From: Eledone cirrhosa
Taxonomy: Eukaryota
Assembly: GCA_964016885.1 (NCBI GenBank)
Contig: OZ024744.1
Span: 66,650,001 to 66,714,000, forward strand
DNA length: 64,000 nucleotides
Direction: 5' to 3'
Made by a program: the position numbers and the translations under genes. A model generated the notes under the pieces. It was not told the origin of the DNA. It did no database searches and worked only from the letters and a program-made list of their open reading frames with translations. Below are positions 1 through 10,963 of this stretch, one piece after another. How positions within the stretch are numbered: position 1 is the stretch's first letter; each line of letters opens with the position of its first letter.

Positions 1-13
1 ACCTGCATATATA

Positions 14-46
<33 letters not shown>

Positions 47-81
47 CAGGTCGCTCTCGAGTGCGACTGGTAACATGTAAT

Positions 82-140
82 CCAGTTATACGTATTTCAC
101 TGAGGACTATCAGTTAAGATAGCCGAAGCTCTTCAGACGG
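82..140 (-). ncRNA. Minimal type I hammerhead ribozyme motif (Penelope/retrozyme type)
   Basis: Minus strand reads ccgt-CTGAAGA-GCT.tc.GGCTATC-ttaact-GATAGTC.ctc.AGT-GAAA-TACGTATA-actgg. It has the CUGANGA and GAAA core, an extended stem II, a palindromic stem III (ATACGTAT) and a weak stem I. Confidence 0.6.
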
Positions 141-299
141 CAAAACCTGAAATAAACATTGAAAGTTCCTAAGAAACCTTTAAATTTTGAAGAATCCAAT
201 AATTTCCCGGAAAAGGTTTTCCTTTCATCATACAGGGGCCTTCTGAGCGCGTGGTGTTGTTTTTTTGACAGCCTCTCTCTCTATATATATCATATATAT

Positions 300-893
300 A
301 TATATATGAAAAATATGAAAACATGGCGTGCTGCGTGGTTGCAAATGGATTACATATGAATAAAACTAGTCCTTCATCAGTGATCTTCCAACCTTCATTG
401 GTATTTCATCGCTTTAAAGACCATATACCTCTGGTTGGTGCGAGCAACGGCTAAAGAAAGTCGTTGGGACACGTAAATAGGGGGAACAAGCGACATAGTA
501 ATCAAACAAAGATAGTAATGCAACGAAAAGTGAGGAAGAAGGAATCAAGTCCCTGAAATCGATGAACATGAGTTCTGTGAAATCGTGGACGAGAGAGAAT
601 AAAGACCATCAAACCTGGTCGAAGTGTGAGGAAAGAATCTCGCACAGGTCAAACGGGAGGAAGTAGGAGAGGGAGTAGCAGAGAGTGAGTGAGTGAAAGT
701 GTGAGGAAGAGGCTAACAGAGAGAGTGACTGGTAGAGGGGGTAAAAGGAAGTGAGAGATACACAGAGAAGGGGAAGCAGTCAGAAAGAAACAGACGGGTC
801 ACAGCGGAGGAAAATATATATGAAAAATATGAAAACATGGCGTGCTGCGTGGTTGTAAATGGGTTACATATGAATAAAATTAGTCCTTCATCA
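300..893. repeat. Pair of ~80-bp direct repeats (about 300-379 and 813-893) flanking a purine-rich spacer
   Basis: atatatgaaaaatatgaaaacatggcgtgctgcgtggttg...tagtccttcatca occurs twice, about 513 bp apart, with few mismatches. Confidence 0.8.
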
Positions 894-1058
894 TCTCAAG
901 AGCGTGAAACTAATAAACCTTTGTTCGTACTGCCTCTCTGTTTTGTTCCGCATATATAACCGCATATATATATATAACAAAGAGGGTGTGGTAATATACC
1001 AGGTGGACCATAACGCACCAGAGTACTCAATACTTAGGATAGTAGAGTGGGTAATATG

Positions 1059-1171
1059 AAAAGAGTCAGGATCTCGACGGCTGAGCCCCAGCCGTTTCGA
1101 CAGCTAGATTCGAAATTTAGATCTACCTGTCGAAATGGCCGGAGCTCAGCCGTCGAGATCCTGACTCTTTT
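1059..1171. repeat. 113-bp near-perfect palindrome built from two hammerhead 3' halves
   Basis: aaaagagtcaggatctcgacggctgagc... pairs with ...gctcagccgtcgagatcctgactctttt. Each arm carries GAAA-stem-GTC. Confidence 0.85.
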
Positions 1172-1220
<49 letters not shown>

Positions 1221-1484
1221 GGGTTATGTTTCCGAGGGAATCCAAATTGAATCGTGTCATATTACAGGCCTAGATGGGGTCATTGTTTGGTTGAGAGGGG
1301 GTCCTGCCTAGGCGAGTTTCGTAGAACTCTGCGGTAGTTGATGGTCAACTTCCTTCGGACCTGTGCCTGTGCAGACCGGTGGGAGTAAATTGGGACTCAC
1401 AAGGGAACGGGCGAAGAACCCAAGAGCACACGCTTTGTCCATTCCCATGTCGATTCCATTTGGATTACCTCGGAAACATAACCT
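1221..1484. mobile_element. MITE, ~264 bp, with ~34-bp TIRs and TA flanks
   Basis: Left end gggttatgtttccgagggaatccaaattgaatcg, right end cgattccatttggattacctcggaaacataacct; TA lies immediately outside both ends. Confidence 0.7.
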
Positions 1485-1984
1485 TATTATGTAACAAGCT
1501 GTCTGATGATGTCACGGTACTGGGCGCACCGAACCGTGTGGCCACTGTCGTCATTGAAATATGTATCACAGCATTATTATTAAAGGACTTTAACATCTGA
1601 AACTACTTCGCTTTTTCTCATTCGATATATACTCCGTCACTCCTATGTGGAAAAATTACGTTGAGTGCTTGAATTGAATTGCATCAATATTTACCTTAAG
1701 TATATATAAATATACATATATATATATATATACATACACACACAATCACAAACACATGCTTACGCACGTGCACCAGTATAGCTCTTTTTACAAAACGTTT
1801 TTTTTTCCATTTTAGGTTGACGCGCTCAATAATCCACTTTTCTAAAAAATAAATCATACACAAAACGCCAGCAGCAATAGTTTTGCAAAAGATGTCAACA
1901 TGAATGACCTGTTATTTTTATCTAAAGAAATGTTTTCCAATTCCATCCCGCCCGTACCCTCAATCTATCATATTTCTCATTCTT

Positions 1985-2020
1985 TCTTCTGATGAAGTAC
2001 TAGCGTCCGAAACGTTAAGA
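1985..2020 (+). ncRNA. Minimal hammerhead ribozyme motif (Penelope-like element type)
   Basis: TCTT-CTGATGA-agtactagcgtcc-GAAAC-GTT-AAGA. Stem I TCTT/AAGA, intact core and palindromic AACGTT stem III; stem II is imperfect. Confidence 0.6.
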
Positions 2021-2101
2021 CCCTCTTCCTGCTATATCAAGCGTTAACCTAATATATTCCTTTCATATACTGTACCGATTGTGTTGTTATTTCTGTTTAC
2101 C

Positions 2102-2105
<4 letters not shown>

Positions 2106-2160
<55 letters not shown>
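2106..2160. repeat. (CA)n microsatellite
   Basis: Pure AC dinucleotide run. Confidence 0.95.
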
Positions 2161-2165
<5 letters not shown>

Positions 2166-2329
2166 GAAAATAGGGAGGAAAAAGACGATTATTAGGAAGA
2201 AAAATATATTTTTATCTTTTTATTTTTTCTCTTTTTTCTGGGTTAGAAAATGTTTAAAACAAAATATTTTACTTTGTGTGAAGTATTATGGTATTAGTTA
2301 ATTTATTTATTTATTAACAATGGCATTTA

Positions 2330-2513
2330 TTTATTTATTTATTTAGTTAGTTATTTATATATTTAATATATACCGGTTTCAGCATTTTATGCATTATCAA
2401 AGGGGGGAATTTGTATTGGTTTAAAATGTTGGAGAGAAAATAATGTGATGCTGAACATGTTAAGGAAATGAGAAAGAAAGAATAATATTATTTACAAACA
2501 AGGTTTTTGAAGT

Positions 2514-2544
<31 letters not shown>

Positions 2545-4372
2545 TAGAAAAAAAATAAGAAAACAAAAGAAAAAATAAGGGGGTGATGTGGAATATGATA
2601 AGGTAAAGAAAGAATAATATTATTTACAGGCATAGTTCTTGAGGATAAGCAGTTCAAAAAGTGTTATTAAGGCAAGAGCGCTTAGTTAGTTGATCCATAA
2701 TGGAGGCAAATGGTAGTCTGGGGTTTGATATGATTTCCATTTTTAGAGAGTTAATATGCAGGAGGGGGGGGGGAGGATAATTCAGGGTGGTCAGGTCAGG
2801 TAGGGGAATGAGAGGGGGTAATTCATTTATATAAGAAAAAGGATTAGGTAGGGTGTGAGGGAGGTAACTCTTTAGAGAACATAGGGATCGGGATTTGATT
2901 CATTCCAGTTTTACTTTAGTTCGAAGTTATTAAGTAGAGGTTGGAATTTGTTAATGAAGTACGTTTCCTTATTGGTACGATGGATGAAAGTAGCGTTGTC
3001 TATGAATTTGTAAATGGGGAAAATGTTAAAGTTTGGATGTTGGTTAGGTGTACAATTGGCGATATGTTCACTAAAAGCAATCTTTCTGTATTCCTGTATT
3101 TTGATTTGTGATCTATGGACGGTCATACGCTGTCGGAGGCTGTTTTTTTGTCTGTCCTATGTAGTGCTCTCGACAACCTGAGCAGGTCAAAACATAGATT
3201 AGGTTTTCAGATGCACATGTAAAGTTGTATTTAACTGTGAAATGTTGTCCTTGTTTAAAATGGAATGTTGAACCTTCTATTAGATTTATGCATATACCAC
3301 AGTTGGGCCTTCCGCATTTTTTTTTACTGTGGGGTTCATTGTGAGGGTTGGTTGGATTTTGGTTTGTGTGAGGATCTTTTTTAAGGATTTGGGTTGTCTT
3401 TTGCTCTTTATGATGTTGTGTGTTTGGAGGATTTTGTTCATTCTTGGGTATCTTTTTAGTTCTGGACGATGGTGTCGAATGCCTCATTGTTGAGGGTGTT
3501 GTGTGTGGAGATGTATGGTAGAGTTTTCTGTTGCAGTTCATTCCTGGGTTTGGGGTGCCTGAGTTCCTGGATATTGAGTTTTAGGGCACGTTGGAATCCA
3601 TTATTGATTAGGCATGGTTGGTAGTTTCTGCTGATAAGTGTGTTCTTTAATTCTTCTAGTCGTGTGTAGCATGTGTATTTATCTGAAACTATTGTGCAGA
3701 TCCTTCTGCCTAGGTTATAAGGAATTGCCATTTTGGTATGGCGAGGGTGGCACGAGTTGAATGGAAGATATTGTTTGGAGTCTGTGCGTTTGTAGTATAT
3801 GTCTGTTTCTATTTTGTTGCTTGTTTTCTTGATGAGGATATTGAGGAAAGGGAGTTATTCATGGCTGTAATCCATTGTAAATTGTAAGTTTGTGTTGAGT
3901 CCATTCAGAAGGGTTTTAAACTCAATCAGTCTTTCTATACTTTCATGCCAGAGTATGAAGCAGTCGTCCAGATATCTCTTCCAGTTTTTTTTCTATGTGT
4001 AGGTAGAAGTGGTTGCCGTATTTGTCTAGGACTTTGCGGTAGAGAGGGGTTTCCAAATATCCGATGACAAGGTTGGCGTATGAGGGGGCTACTTTTGTGC
4101 CCATGGCAGTCCCAGATTTCTGTCTGTAGTATTTGGCATTGAATTCGAAGAAGTTATTTTCCAAGATGAATTTGAGGCCCTCCATCACAAATTCTTCAGG
4201 GATGCGCCGTGGAAGTTCACTAGGGAAATTTTCAAGGCAGAATTGTATTGCCTCTATACATAGGTTGTGTGGGATATTGGAATATAGATTGATGACATCA
4301 AAGGTTACTAGTAGGGTATGTTCATTATTAAGTGTTTTGGGGAGATGGTTGAGCATGTCAAGGTCGTCCCTT
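2330..4372 (-). mobile_element. Penelope-like retroelement, decayed (RT plus GIY-YIG endonuclease, 3' region)
   Basis: Frameshifted minus-strand ORFs: RT motifs TFDVINLYSNIPH and YRQKSGTAMGTKVAPSYANL, thumb region IPYNLGRRICTIVSD, and GIY-YIG region CGRPNCGIC...NLIYVLTCSGCREHYIGQT. A degenerate HHR-like motif lies near 2370-2402. The 3' boundary is approximate. Confidence 0.9.
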
Positions 4373-4412
4373 TTGAATATATACACACACACATACACAT
4401 ATACATATTTGT

Positions 4413-4530
4413 GAAGGCGCCTGGCTGAGTGGTTAGAGAACTGGATTCGCAATCGTGAGGTTGTGAGTTCGATTCCCGGACCGGGAGATGCATTGTGTCC
4501 TTGGGCAAGACATTTTATTTCACGTTGCTC
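4413..4530 (+). mobile_element. tRNA-derived SINE, 5' part
   Basis: A box tggctgagtggttag, B box gagttcgattccc, then the CORE-like gtgtccttgggcaagac; the head resembles the SINE at 40146. Confidence 0.8.
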
Positions 4531-4892
4531 CTTCTATCTGGGGTTGCGACCGATAGATAGTATTAGTAATTGGAAAGACCAATGGAAACTTTGTTTTCTC
4601 GGTTCGATTTGACGAAAGTTGATCGACTGTCGATATATATATAAACACACATATTGGAGAAAGTTTAAATTTTTCTAGTCGACCCAATAGTCTAGGGCCT
4701 GCCTGGGACTCTTGTGATCTACTAATTTTTAAAGTCTGGCTGTCTGTCAGTGTTGATTATTTCGTTGAATATTCTTTTACTCTTTGGTATTGAAAATACA
4801 TTCATCTCATGGTTTAAATTAAAATAAGAGATAGACAAAATCATATTAATAAAAATTTAAAAATTGTTGGAAACCTTTTATTATTTTTAAAG

Positions 4893-5114
4893 GGCGGTGG
4901 ATTGGCAGTAATCGATAGAGCGTCGAACAACATGCTTCACTGCATAGAGTAACGGCCCTTTACGTTTTTAGTTCAAATCTCGCCGAGGTTAGCTTTACTT
5001 TTCATCCATACATGGTCGATAAAATAAAGCACCAGTAATACACTGGGGTCGATTTAATCGACTTTCCTCTCCCTCCCCCTTCAAATTGCTGGCCTTGTGC
5101 CTAAAGTAGAAACA
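4893..5114 (+). mobile_element. tRNA-derived SINE (family A: Meta-domain-like, ends ccttgtgcctaaagtagaaaca)
   Basis: ggcggtggattggcagta...gttcaaatctcgccgagg...ttttcatcc...ggtcgataaaataaag...ggccttgtgcctaaagtagaaacaatt. Confidence 0.85.
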
Positions 5115-5212
5115 ATTCTTTCAAAAGGCTGCACAGAATGGGATCGAAGGTAGCAGGTGACCTTAAGGCTGCAGGTTCCTCATATGTGGTTTAGTAGAAT
5201 ATTGTTGTTGAT

Positions 5213-5275
5213 TCGGCAAAATGGATCCGTACCTTCGGAAGAAGGATTGGCTCCGAGGACCGGGTCGGTCGGGCC
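5213..5275 (+). rRNA. Short 28S rRNA-derived fragment (pseudogenic, not a gene)
   Basis: tcggcaaaatggatccgtaccttcggaagaaggattggctccgaggaccgggtcggtcgggc resembles the conserved eukaryotic LSU segment GTCGGCAA..GGATCCGTAACTTCGGGA.AAGGATTGGCTCT.AGGGCTGGGTCGGTCGGGC (recalled from memory). The flanks are not rRNA. Confidence 0.8.
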
Positions 5276-5489
5276 GTGTGTGTGTCGGCCTGTCGGCAAG
5301 CAGATCCGATTGAGGGCGTGATGGTCGTCCACTACGTTGATGTCTTTCTAGGGCTTGGAATCATCTGCGAAGATTCTAATGTTGCTGTGTATGATGATGT
5401 CAATAATGTCATAGATATAGATAATGGTTTTTGAGTCTAACCCATGCTAGCGTGGAAGAAGGACGTTAAACAAAGATGATGATGATGAT

Positions 5490-5700
5490 TTAGGCACATG
5501 GTCAGCAAATTTGGGGAAAGGGGAAAGGTAAAGAGGAAAGTCGATCAAATCGACCCCAGTGCGTGACTGGTATTTTATTTTATCGCCTCCGTAAGGATAA
5601 AAGGCAAAGCTAACCTCGGTGAGATTTGTACACAGAACGTAAAGGGACGTAATTCTATGCCCTGAAGCATAGTGGCCGACGCTCTACCGATACTGTCAGA
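5490..5700 (-). mobile_element. SINE family A copy
   Basis: Reverse complement of the family A consensus (ttaggcac...tcgaccccagt...aaaggcaaag...ctctaccgatactg). Confidence 0.75.
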
Positions 5701-5879
5701 AGAGACGTGTGCCCAACGGTGTCTCATAACCAATCTTTATAATATATCGAATTATCTATTATCTTAGTAAAAATGTTTACTCTTAATATCCTTCAACTGC
5801 CTAACGTTTAAATTTTTCTTTTTTGAATGCACCCACCACCCCCACCCCTTATTATTTCATCAATATAATCTATAATAAT

Positions 5880-6066
5880 TGTTTCTACTTTTGGCACAAG
5901 GCCAGCAATTATCTCAGTGTATTACTGGTACTTTATTTTATCGACCCCGTAAGGATAAAAGGCAAAAAAAGTTAACCTCGGCGGGATTTGAACTCAGAAT
6001 AGAAAAGGCCGTAACTCTATGCGTCAAAGCATGGCGTCCGTCACTCTACCGATACCGCCAATCCAC
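5880..6066 (-). mobile_element. SINE family A copy flanked by AAT repeats
   Basis: aataat-tgtttctacttttggcacaaggcc...ctaccgataccgccaatccac-aataata. Confidence 0.85.
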
Positions 6067-6119
6067 AATAATAAGCAGATGTGATGATTATTGTAGCTTT
6101 AAAACATTATGCTTACGTC

Positions 6120-6360
6120 CTAAATAAGCCGTGGTGACAAGTATGAAAATACACTTTTGACAGGTGCAATGTGCCTGAACACGGAAGAGCGGAACTCCCA
6201 CCGTCACCACCCCCATCTCTCTCGCCCTCCCCATCTCTCCGTATAGTGAGCAAATGGAGTCCCACGTGCTGGCCGCCCCACAGTTTCCGGCGGACAGAAT
6301 GGAGAAGGTGTTTCCCCTGAGGATGGTAAGGGAGATGCGCTGGAAGAGCCATAAGTAGAT
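6120..6360 (-). mobile_element. CRE-clade (RLE) non-LTR retrotransposon 3' fragment
   Basis: Peptide LWLFQRISLTILRGNTFSILSAG matches the CRE C-terminal motif LFQRLSxAIQRGNA. Confidence 0.65.
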
Positions 6361-6451
6361 TCTTTTATTCAGAGTTGTATGAATAACATTACAAATATGT
6401 TTTAAATACATACATAAATAACATCACAAATATCTTACAAATGTGTAAATA

Positions 6452-7088
6452 ACATTCGAAGGAGGTAGATCCCTCATCTGGGACGCCACCTGCTGCGACA
6501 CGTTCTCCGCCTTCAGATTAGTCACCTCGACCACAAACCCCGGCATCGCTGCCCGCCTCGCAGAAGAACGCAAAATAAACAAGTACCGGAGTTTGTCCGG
6601 CCGCTTCCTCTTCACACTAGTCACCGTCAAGACCTCAGGCGTACTTGGACCCCGTACTGCCGACGCTCCTCTACAAGACTGGAACGTCGGCGCCCCATCT
6701 CAGGAGGGAGACCCGCGAGGTTAGGTAGCTGTTGAAGCGGGTGTCACCGGCCATCGTCCGGGGGAATGCTTTTGCCGTTTTGTCCGCGGGGCACAGAACT
6801 GTTTCCTCCTTACCCTAGGCCCAAAGCCCAACCACCCACCCCCCTCTTCTGTGACACCAGAGCTCTTGCCATCTTCTCCCTTTTCCGTTCTTTTTCTTCT
6901 TTCTGTTTCTCTTTTTCTTTTTTTTTTCTATATTTCCCTATTCTTTCTTTCTTTTTGCTTCACCTTTTTAACATTTTTTTCTTACTAAATAAGGTTTGTT
7001 TTTTTGCTTTTGAATATATTATCCTTTCTTTGATCTTTAAAGTAAATGTGTCCATCTGTAAAAAAAATAAAATAAATAAAAAAAAAAC
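6452..7088 (+). mobile_element. CRE-clade (RLE) non-LTR retrotransposon 3' fragment with 3'UTR and A-rich tail
   Basis: Hand translation gives FEGGRSLIWDATCCDTFS...GIAARLAEERKINKYRSL...VKTSGVLGP... then LLKRVSPAIVRGNAFAVLSAG, followed by a T-rich UTR and aataaaataaataaaaaaaaa. Confidence 0.75.
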
Positions 7089-7457
7089 ATTATAAATTAC
7101 TCGCAATTCGTTCAGAAGAGATCATTACAAACATAATGTCGTTGGTAAACACAAATATAAATGCACAACAGAGAAAACAAAGGAGGGGGGGGGGGGTATG
7201 CAAAAGAAACACGACCACCAATTCACCACCAAGTGTGACAATCGGCCGTACATCACCTTCGAAAACGTATCTCTGTAATATCCCATTAAAAATATGCATT
7301 ATTAAGAAAGCTATAAAGAAACAAAATTTGAGTGTGAAGTAAAACAGGGAAGTCTAAAGTTTGGTTGGGAAGAAAACTAGAATTTACTACTATCGGGGGA
7401 AGTAGACACACTTAATGTGCCGAATAGGAGTAGGTAGGAATTTCATGTAAACTATGA

Positions 7458-7833
7458 CAGACCTGTCAACACTCCCCATCTGGCGCGGAAATCACCCACC
7501 CACTTTGGGGTGGGTGAGAGATGTCTTCTCTTGTGAAAATGGGTATAGCTTTCACTTTCATCCTTACGGGGTCGATAAAATAAAGTACCAGTAATGCACT
7601 GGGTAATTGCTGGCCTTGTGCCTAAAGTAGAAACAATTATGTAAAATCTTCCTATTTTGTCTCATTTCTCCCCGTTTTGGGGCACCTTTTGGGGGGTTTT
7701 CAATACCATAAAAAATAGTGAGCCAAAACGGGGAGGAATTAGGCAAAATGGGGAAATTTTACATAATGAAATCTATAGCCATTTTCACAAGAGAAGACAT
7801 CTCTCTGTCCGACGGGTAGAGTTGACAAGTCTG
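7458..7833. mobile_element. MITE with long imperfect TIRs (CAGACCTGTCAAC...GTTGACAAGTCTG), interrupted by a SINE A fragment at about 7555-7637
   Basis: Terminal and subterminal inverted matches (gagatgtcttctcttgtgaaaatg / cattttcacaagagaagacatctc). Related ends occur at 11223 and 45824. Confidence 0.7.
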
Positions 7834-8193
7834 ATGTATGTATGTTTCTCTTTCTCTTAATTTCGAGTACATTTTTAACTGGCCACCTTCCTGGTGGCAA
7901 GGCTGCAAAAGAAAAGAAATTGTCACCCTTTGAATCGCAAGAAGGTGCCAGCTATCGCAACCATTTGTAATCTCTGAATTAGGGAGCTGTGCTCTTTGTC
8001 AACAAATCCAAGTTCAGTTATATTTTGTTCCAAGCAGGCTGGTATATAACCTGTAGCTCCAATAATGATGGGTATGAAGTGTATCTGGGATACTGGATCG
8101 GCAAACTCCTCATCAATGGTCCGTAGATGTCCTCCTTCTCTTGTATTTTTTTTACAACGTTGATATCAAGTGGGCAGCTGATCAGAGTATGTA

Positions 8194-9795
8194 TAATAAT
8201 AATAATGAAATTATTGTGTACAGTGCTCAGGTGCACTACAACTCGTCAAAAGTTCATGTATAGTACGTAGAATAATATACAAATGTCAGGGAAGTGAATA
8301 GTGTATGAGTCATGATATACATGTGTGCGTGTGTATGGAGGGGGAATATCAGGTGTAGTGTTGGCGAATCTCAGGAAGCATGGAGGTTTTAAAGGATCCA
8401 GTGTCTCTACAGCTAATAACTGATGCAGGTAGTTTGTTCCATGCTTCAGCAACTCTCAGCGTGAAAAAATGTTCCGAAAGTCATGGGAGCTGTGCTGTTT
8501 TCTGACTTTGTGGGCATGCCCACGTGTGTTAGACACATGGAAATCAAAAAGGTATAAAAAGGGTTGCTGTTGGCAAGATGGTTAATCATTTTGTGGGTGT
8601 TTACCAAGTCAGTTGCCAAGCGTCAGAGCTTCAATGTATCCATGCCCAGGGAAGCAAGGCGATCAGAGTATGATAGATGTCTGATGGAGGGTATTCGCTT
8701 CGTTGCACGTCTCTGAACAGTTTCCAGGCGGTCAATGTTCTGATCAAGATAGGGGTTCCAGACTGGTGATGCAAATTCTAAGTGTGGCCGCACCATAGCT
8801 ATATACAGCTTTAAATAGATAGCTGGAGAGCGGCTGACAAAGGTCTTGCTGAGTGATGCTAAGACACCCTCGGCCTTCTTGACAATTTTAGAGATGTGCT
8901 TCGTTCAACGCAAATCGCTGCTGACCGTAATGCCCAGGTCACACTCACAAGAAGACTTCCTGATATTAGTGTTGTGGAGGGAGTATGTGGATGCTGGGTT
9001 TTTACTCCCAAAATGCATGGTGGTACACTTGTCCACAGCTAGCTTGAGTTGCCAGTCTGTAATCCATTGTTGCATTGTGTCCAGGTCAGATTGCAGGCAA
9101 GAAATATAGTGTTCAAGATCTGTCCTTTTTATCTCAAGGTACAGCTTGATGTCGTCTGCATATTTCAGTACTGTGGCATTCTTTAAGTTGGCATCTATGT
9201 CATTAATATATGCCACAAACACACAAAAGGGGGCCAAGAACAGATCCCTGCAGTACACCAGATGACATCTCATATGGTGAGGAATGCTGTCCTAGAAGCA
9301 TGACTACCTCTCTTCGACTGAGAATGAAGGACTTCAACCAGTTAAAAAGATCATCCTTCACACCCATTTCAGAAAGTTTTGCCATAAGTCTTTTGTGTGG
9401 CACAGAATTGAAAGCTTTAGCAAAGTCAAGGTAAACAACATCCACCCATGAACTGCCATCAGTGATCCGGGTGATGTCTTCAAGAAACTCGATAAGTTGA
9501 TCACAGCAGCTGGAGTTGGGGATAAACCAAATTGCGAGGGCCGGATAAGACTGTGAGAGTTCCAGAAGTTCCAAAGCGTTTCTCTGACACAGAATTCCAT
9601 CAGTTTGGCAATGCAGCTAGTAAGACTGACTGGACGATAGTTCACAGGTGATGTGCAGTCACCCTTTTTGAACAGAGAGTTTTCCACTGTTCTGGAGTAG
9701 TGCCGTTGCTCAGACAGAATTGGAAGAACTCACCATGTTTGAGAAGCAGGTACGTAACACCATCAAGACCAGGAGAGACATGGTTGTGTTTATTT
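8194..9795 (-). mobile_element. CR1-type LINE, 5'-truncated and frameshifted
   Basis: RT motifs NYRPVSLTSCIAKLME, VDVVYLDFAKAFNSVPHKRL, SGVLQGSVLGP and KYADDIKLY; the 3' tail ends in ...caataatttcattattattatt. Confidence 0.9.
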
Positions 9796-10619
9796 TTAAG
9801 GTATGTATGTATGAGTGCTACTGGTAACATGTAACCCAGTACAACCTGTCGCATGATCGGGTCGTCGGTGACTAAACCGGCAACCCTACCAAGTTCACTT
9901 GGTGAGGAGGGGGATTTTGGACACCCTGCAGGACAAAAAAACAAAACCTGACAAAGGGCGGAGGAACTCATAAGAGTCAACGGCCATCCAAAAGTGTGTA
10001 AATATGTATATACACATGTACATGTGTATGTATATGTGTATATACATGGGTGCATGCTTGCTTCATTTCTCTCTAGCCAAATACAAATACTTTATTCAAC
10101 TTTTTTATGTTGTTGTTGTCGCTACTGATATTTTTGTTGTTTCCAACATTATTGCTGAAGTTCTTGATGTTGTTCTTTGGATTGAGGAAACTTGAGATCA
10201 AAAGCATTCCAGCTGTACTATTCCATATTTTCTAGATTATATAACATGTTCAGTTTTTTTTAAAGACAGTAGGGTGTGATTTGAAGAAGATTTGGTTGCT
10301 ATTTCTAGTAGGTAGATTGACCAGATAAAGGCTTCCTTTTCTTGGACTCTTTTAGTATTTTTTATGTACTATAAATGTGATTTGGCCAATTGAACAACAA
10401 CAATAACAACAACAACAAAAACAGCAGCAGGGGTGGCGGCAGCAGCAGCAGCAACAACAACAACAACAACAGTTAAAAACAGCTGCCCACCACAACGAAA
10501 ACATTAGACATATTGGCAGTATCTGTAGAAGGTCGGACGCCATCCTTTGAAGCATAGAGTTACGGCCCTTTACGGTTTGAGTTCAAATCCCACAAACGTT
10601 AGCTTTGCCTTTCACCCTT

Positions 10620-10963
10620 GCGGATGTGCAATGTCTATGTGAGTGAACGACCAAGCATGGACGAGTTGAGAGAGAAACTGTGTATAAGAAGAATAAACTG
10701 TAGTGTGCAGGAGAGAAGACTGCATTGGTATGGACATCTGATGCGCATGGAAGATGACCACTGGGTGAAGAAGTGCCAAGAAATCCTGATGGAAGGAAGA
10801 CCACAGAAAACATGAGCAGAGGTGGTGAGAGCTGACCTCAGATCGTTGAAGCTCACAGAAGAAATGACGAAGAACCGTGACAAATAGAGAGATACTGAAG
10901 AAGACCCCTCCCACCCTTGCAAACAGGGAAAAGGGAAGATAAAATGATGATGATAATGATGAC
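10620..10963 (+). mobile_element. RTE LINE 3' end
   Basis: QERRLHWYGHLMRMEDDHWVKKC...GRPQKT followed by a (GAT)n tail. Confidence 0.85.

Noticed and set aside
4413-4500. Functional tRNA genes (also at 36365, 40146, 59496)
   Set aside because: A and B boxes are present, but the sequences run into SINE bodies and I see no intact cloverleaf.
5213-5275. rDNA locus or an R-element 28S target site
   Set aside because: Only about 60 bp match; there is no flanking rRNA and no R1/R2 junction.
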